Source: Cyanobacteria bacterium auto_48_18 (lineage in GTDB: Bacteria > Cyanobacteriota > Vampirovibrionia > Obscuribacterales > Obscuribacteraceae). Taken from it: a stretch of 64,000 nucleotides of DNA. The stretch spans positions 192,001 through 256,000 of the forward strand of contig JAVHQC010000035.1 of NCBI GenBank assembly GCA_036170915.1, written 5' to 3'. The notes below the pieces were generated by a model. That model was not told the DNA's origin. It saw only the letters and a list, made by a program, of their open reading frames with translations, and did no database searches. Positions within the stretch are counted from its first letter, which is position 1. The number at the start of each line of letters is the position of its first letter. The position numbers and the translations under genes were made by a program. This document shows positions 63,333 to 64,000 of this stretch, piece by piece.

Positions 63333-64000
63333 GAGGTTTATTGAGGTCAGTCAATAAGCCACTAGCCAGAATGTCTCGTCGTTTCTCTTCATAATAGGTC
63401 GATTCGTTTTGGCCTAAATATGTAAGTGCTGTTTCGTTGTATTTTTTATTGGCGGCTCTTCCTATAGCGGTATCACCAAAGATTGAGGCAACTTTTTGGT
63501 AAGCAAGCGTGGCGAGACTAAAATCAGATTTGTTGTCCACTGCAAAAGCATCAAATGGCTCCTCAGCGTTAAATGCTTTGCTGAGCGCTTTGGCATCATC
63601 TAGCGAAATTCCTGCTCTACCAAAATCATCAATTAGCTCTTCCACTTCAATGGTCTTTCCGTTAACTGCGCGCGCCTCCGCCGCACGCTCGTCGGTTAAT
63701 TTCAATTCTCTTCTAAGTTCAAATAAATCAATCAAACCATCTGTATTAGTGTCTAGTTTGTTGAAGTTATCTTGCAACCAATTAGATATCTGGGCGGCTC
63801 GTTCACCGGTATCACTAATGGTGTCAGTACTGCTGGCGCCAATCGATTTTGCAAATTTGACTACTTCCGGCAAAATTTTGGCATCGAATCGCAGCGGTGG
63901 TGCATTTCTAGGGTTTCTCGACTGGTACAGCAAGTCTTCAGCTAAATCATCACCTACATGACCTGAAATTGTTTTTTCGTCTGAATACCAATTCGGCTTT
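63325..64000 (-). CDS. Hypothetical protein with an EF-hand-like loop; 5' end outside the window
   Basis: The frame stays open from 63933 to the window edge (KPNWYSDEKTISGHVGDDLAEDLLY...); contains FNKLDTNTDGLIDLFEL. Confidence 0.7.
   Translation of the reverse strand, partial: KPNWYSDEKTISGHVGDDLAEDLLYQSRNPRNAPPLRFDAKILPEVVKFAKSIGASSTDTISDTGERAAQISNWLQDNFNKLDTNTDGLIDLFELRRELKLTDERAAEARAVNGKTIEVEELIDDFGRAGISLDDAKALSKAFNAEEPFDAFAVDNKSDFSLATLAYQKVASIFGDTAIGRAANKKYNETALTYLGQNESTYYEEKRRDILASGLLTDLNKPLR

Overview
This is a gene-dense chromosomal window of mostly core genes. It is most consistent with a non-photosynthetic relative of Cyanobacteria (Vampirovibrionia/Melainabacteria, possibly Obscuribacterales). 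This is an inference from cyanobacterial-type RpaB, NusB, RuvB, CsaB and DUF2993 proteins, with no photosynthesis genes and no visible HIP1 enrichment. It carries about 45 CDSs (including gpmI, rph, gcvPB, glcE/glcF, csaB plus a WecB/TagA transferase, Mini-III, rpaB, ahcY, eno, ftcd, cdsA, ruvB, galE, rsmD, nusB, ftsY, xfp, glgP) and one tRNA-Ser(GCT). I saw no CRISPR array, rRNA, integrase or transposase. The most notable observations are: (1) two tandem, diverged CpaC/RcpA-like secretin genes that share a 175-bp identical block (structured 5' leader plus signal-peptide codons), share further upstream motifs, and differ in a hypervariable insert in the barrel region; (2) a glutamate dehydrogenase homologue with the catalytic Lys replaced by His, resembling a regulatory subunit; (3) a perfect 38-bp palindrome upstream of an orphan AbiEi/DUF6088-like gene, and a second palindrome present twice around a two-gene unit; (4) further likely pseudo-enzymes (a degenerate REC-GGDEF-REC protein, a His-less SASA esterase, an eIF-2B-like protein); and (5) a stand-alone multi-MshEN-like protein. 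All calls come from reading motifs by eye; no searches were run.
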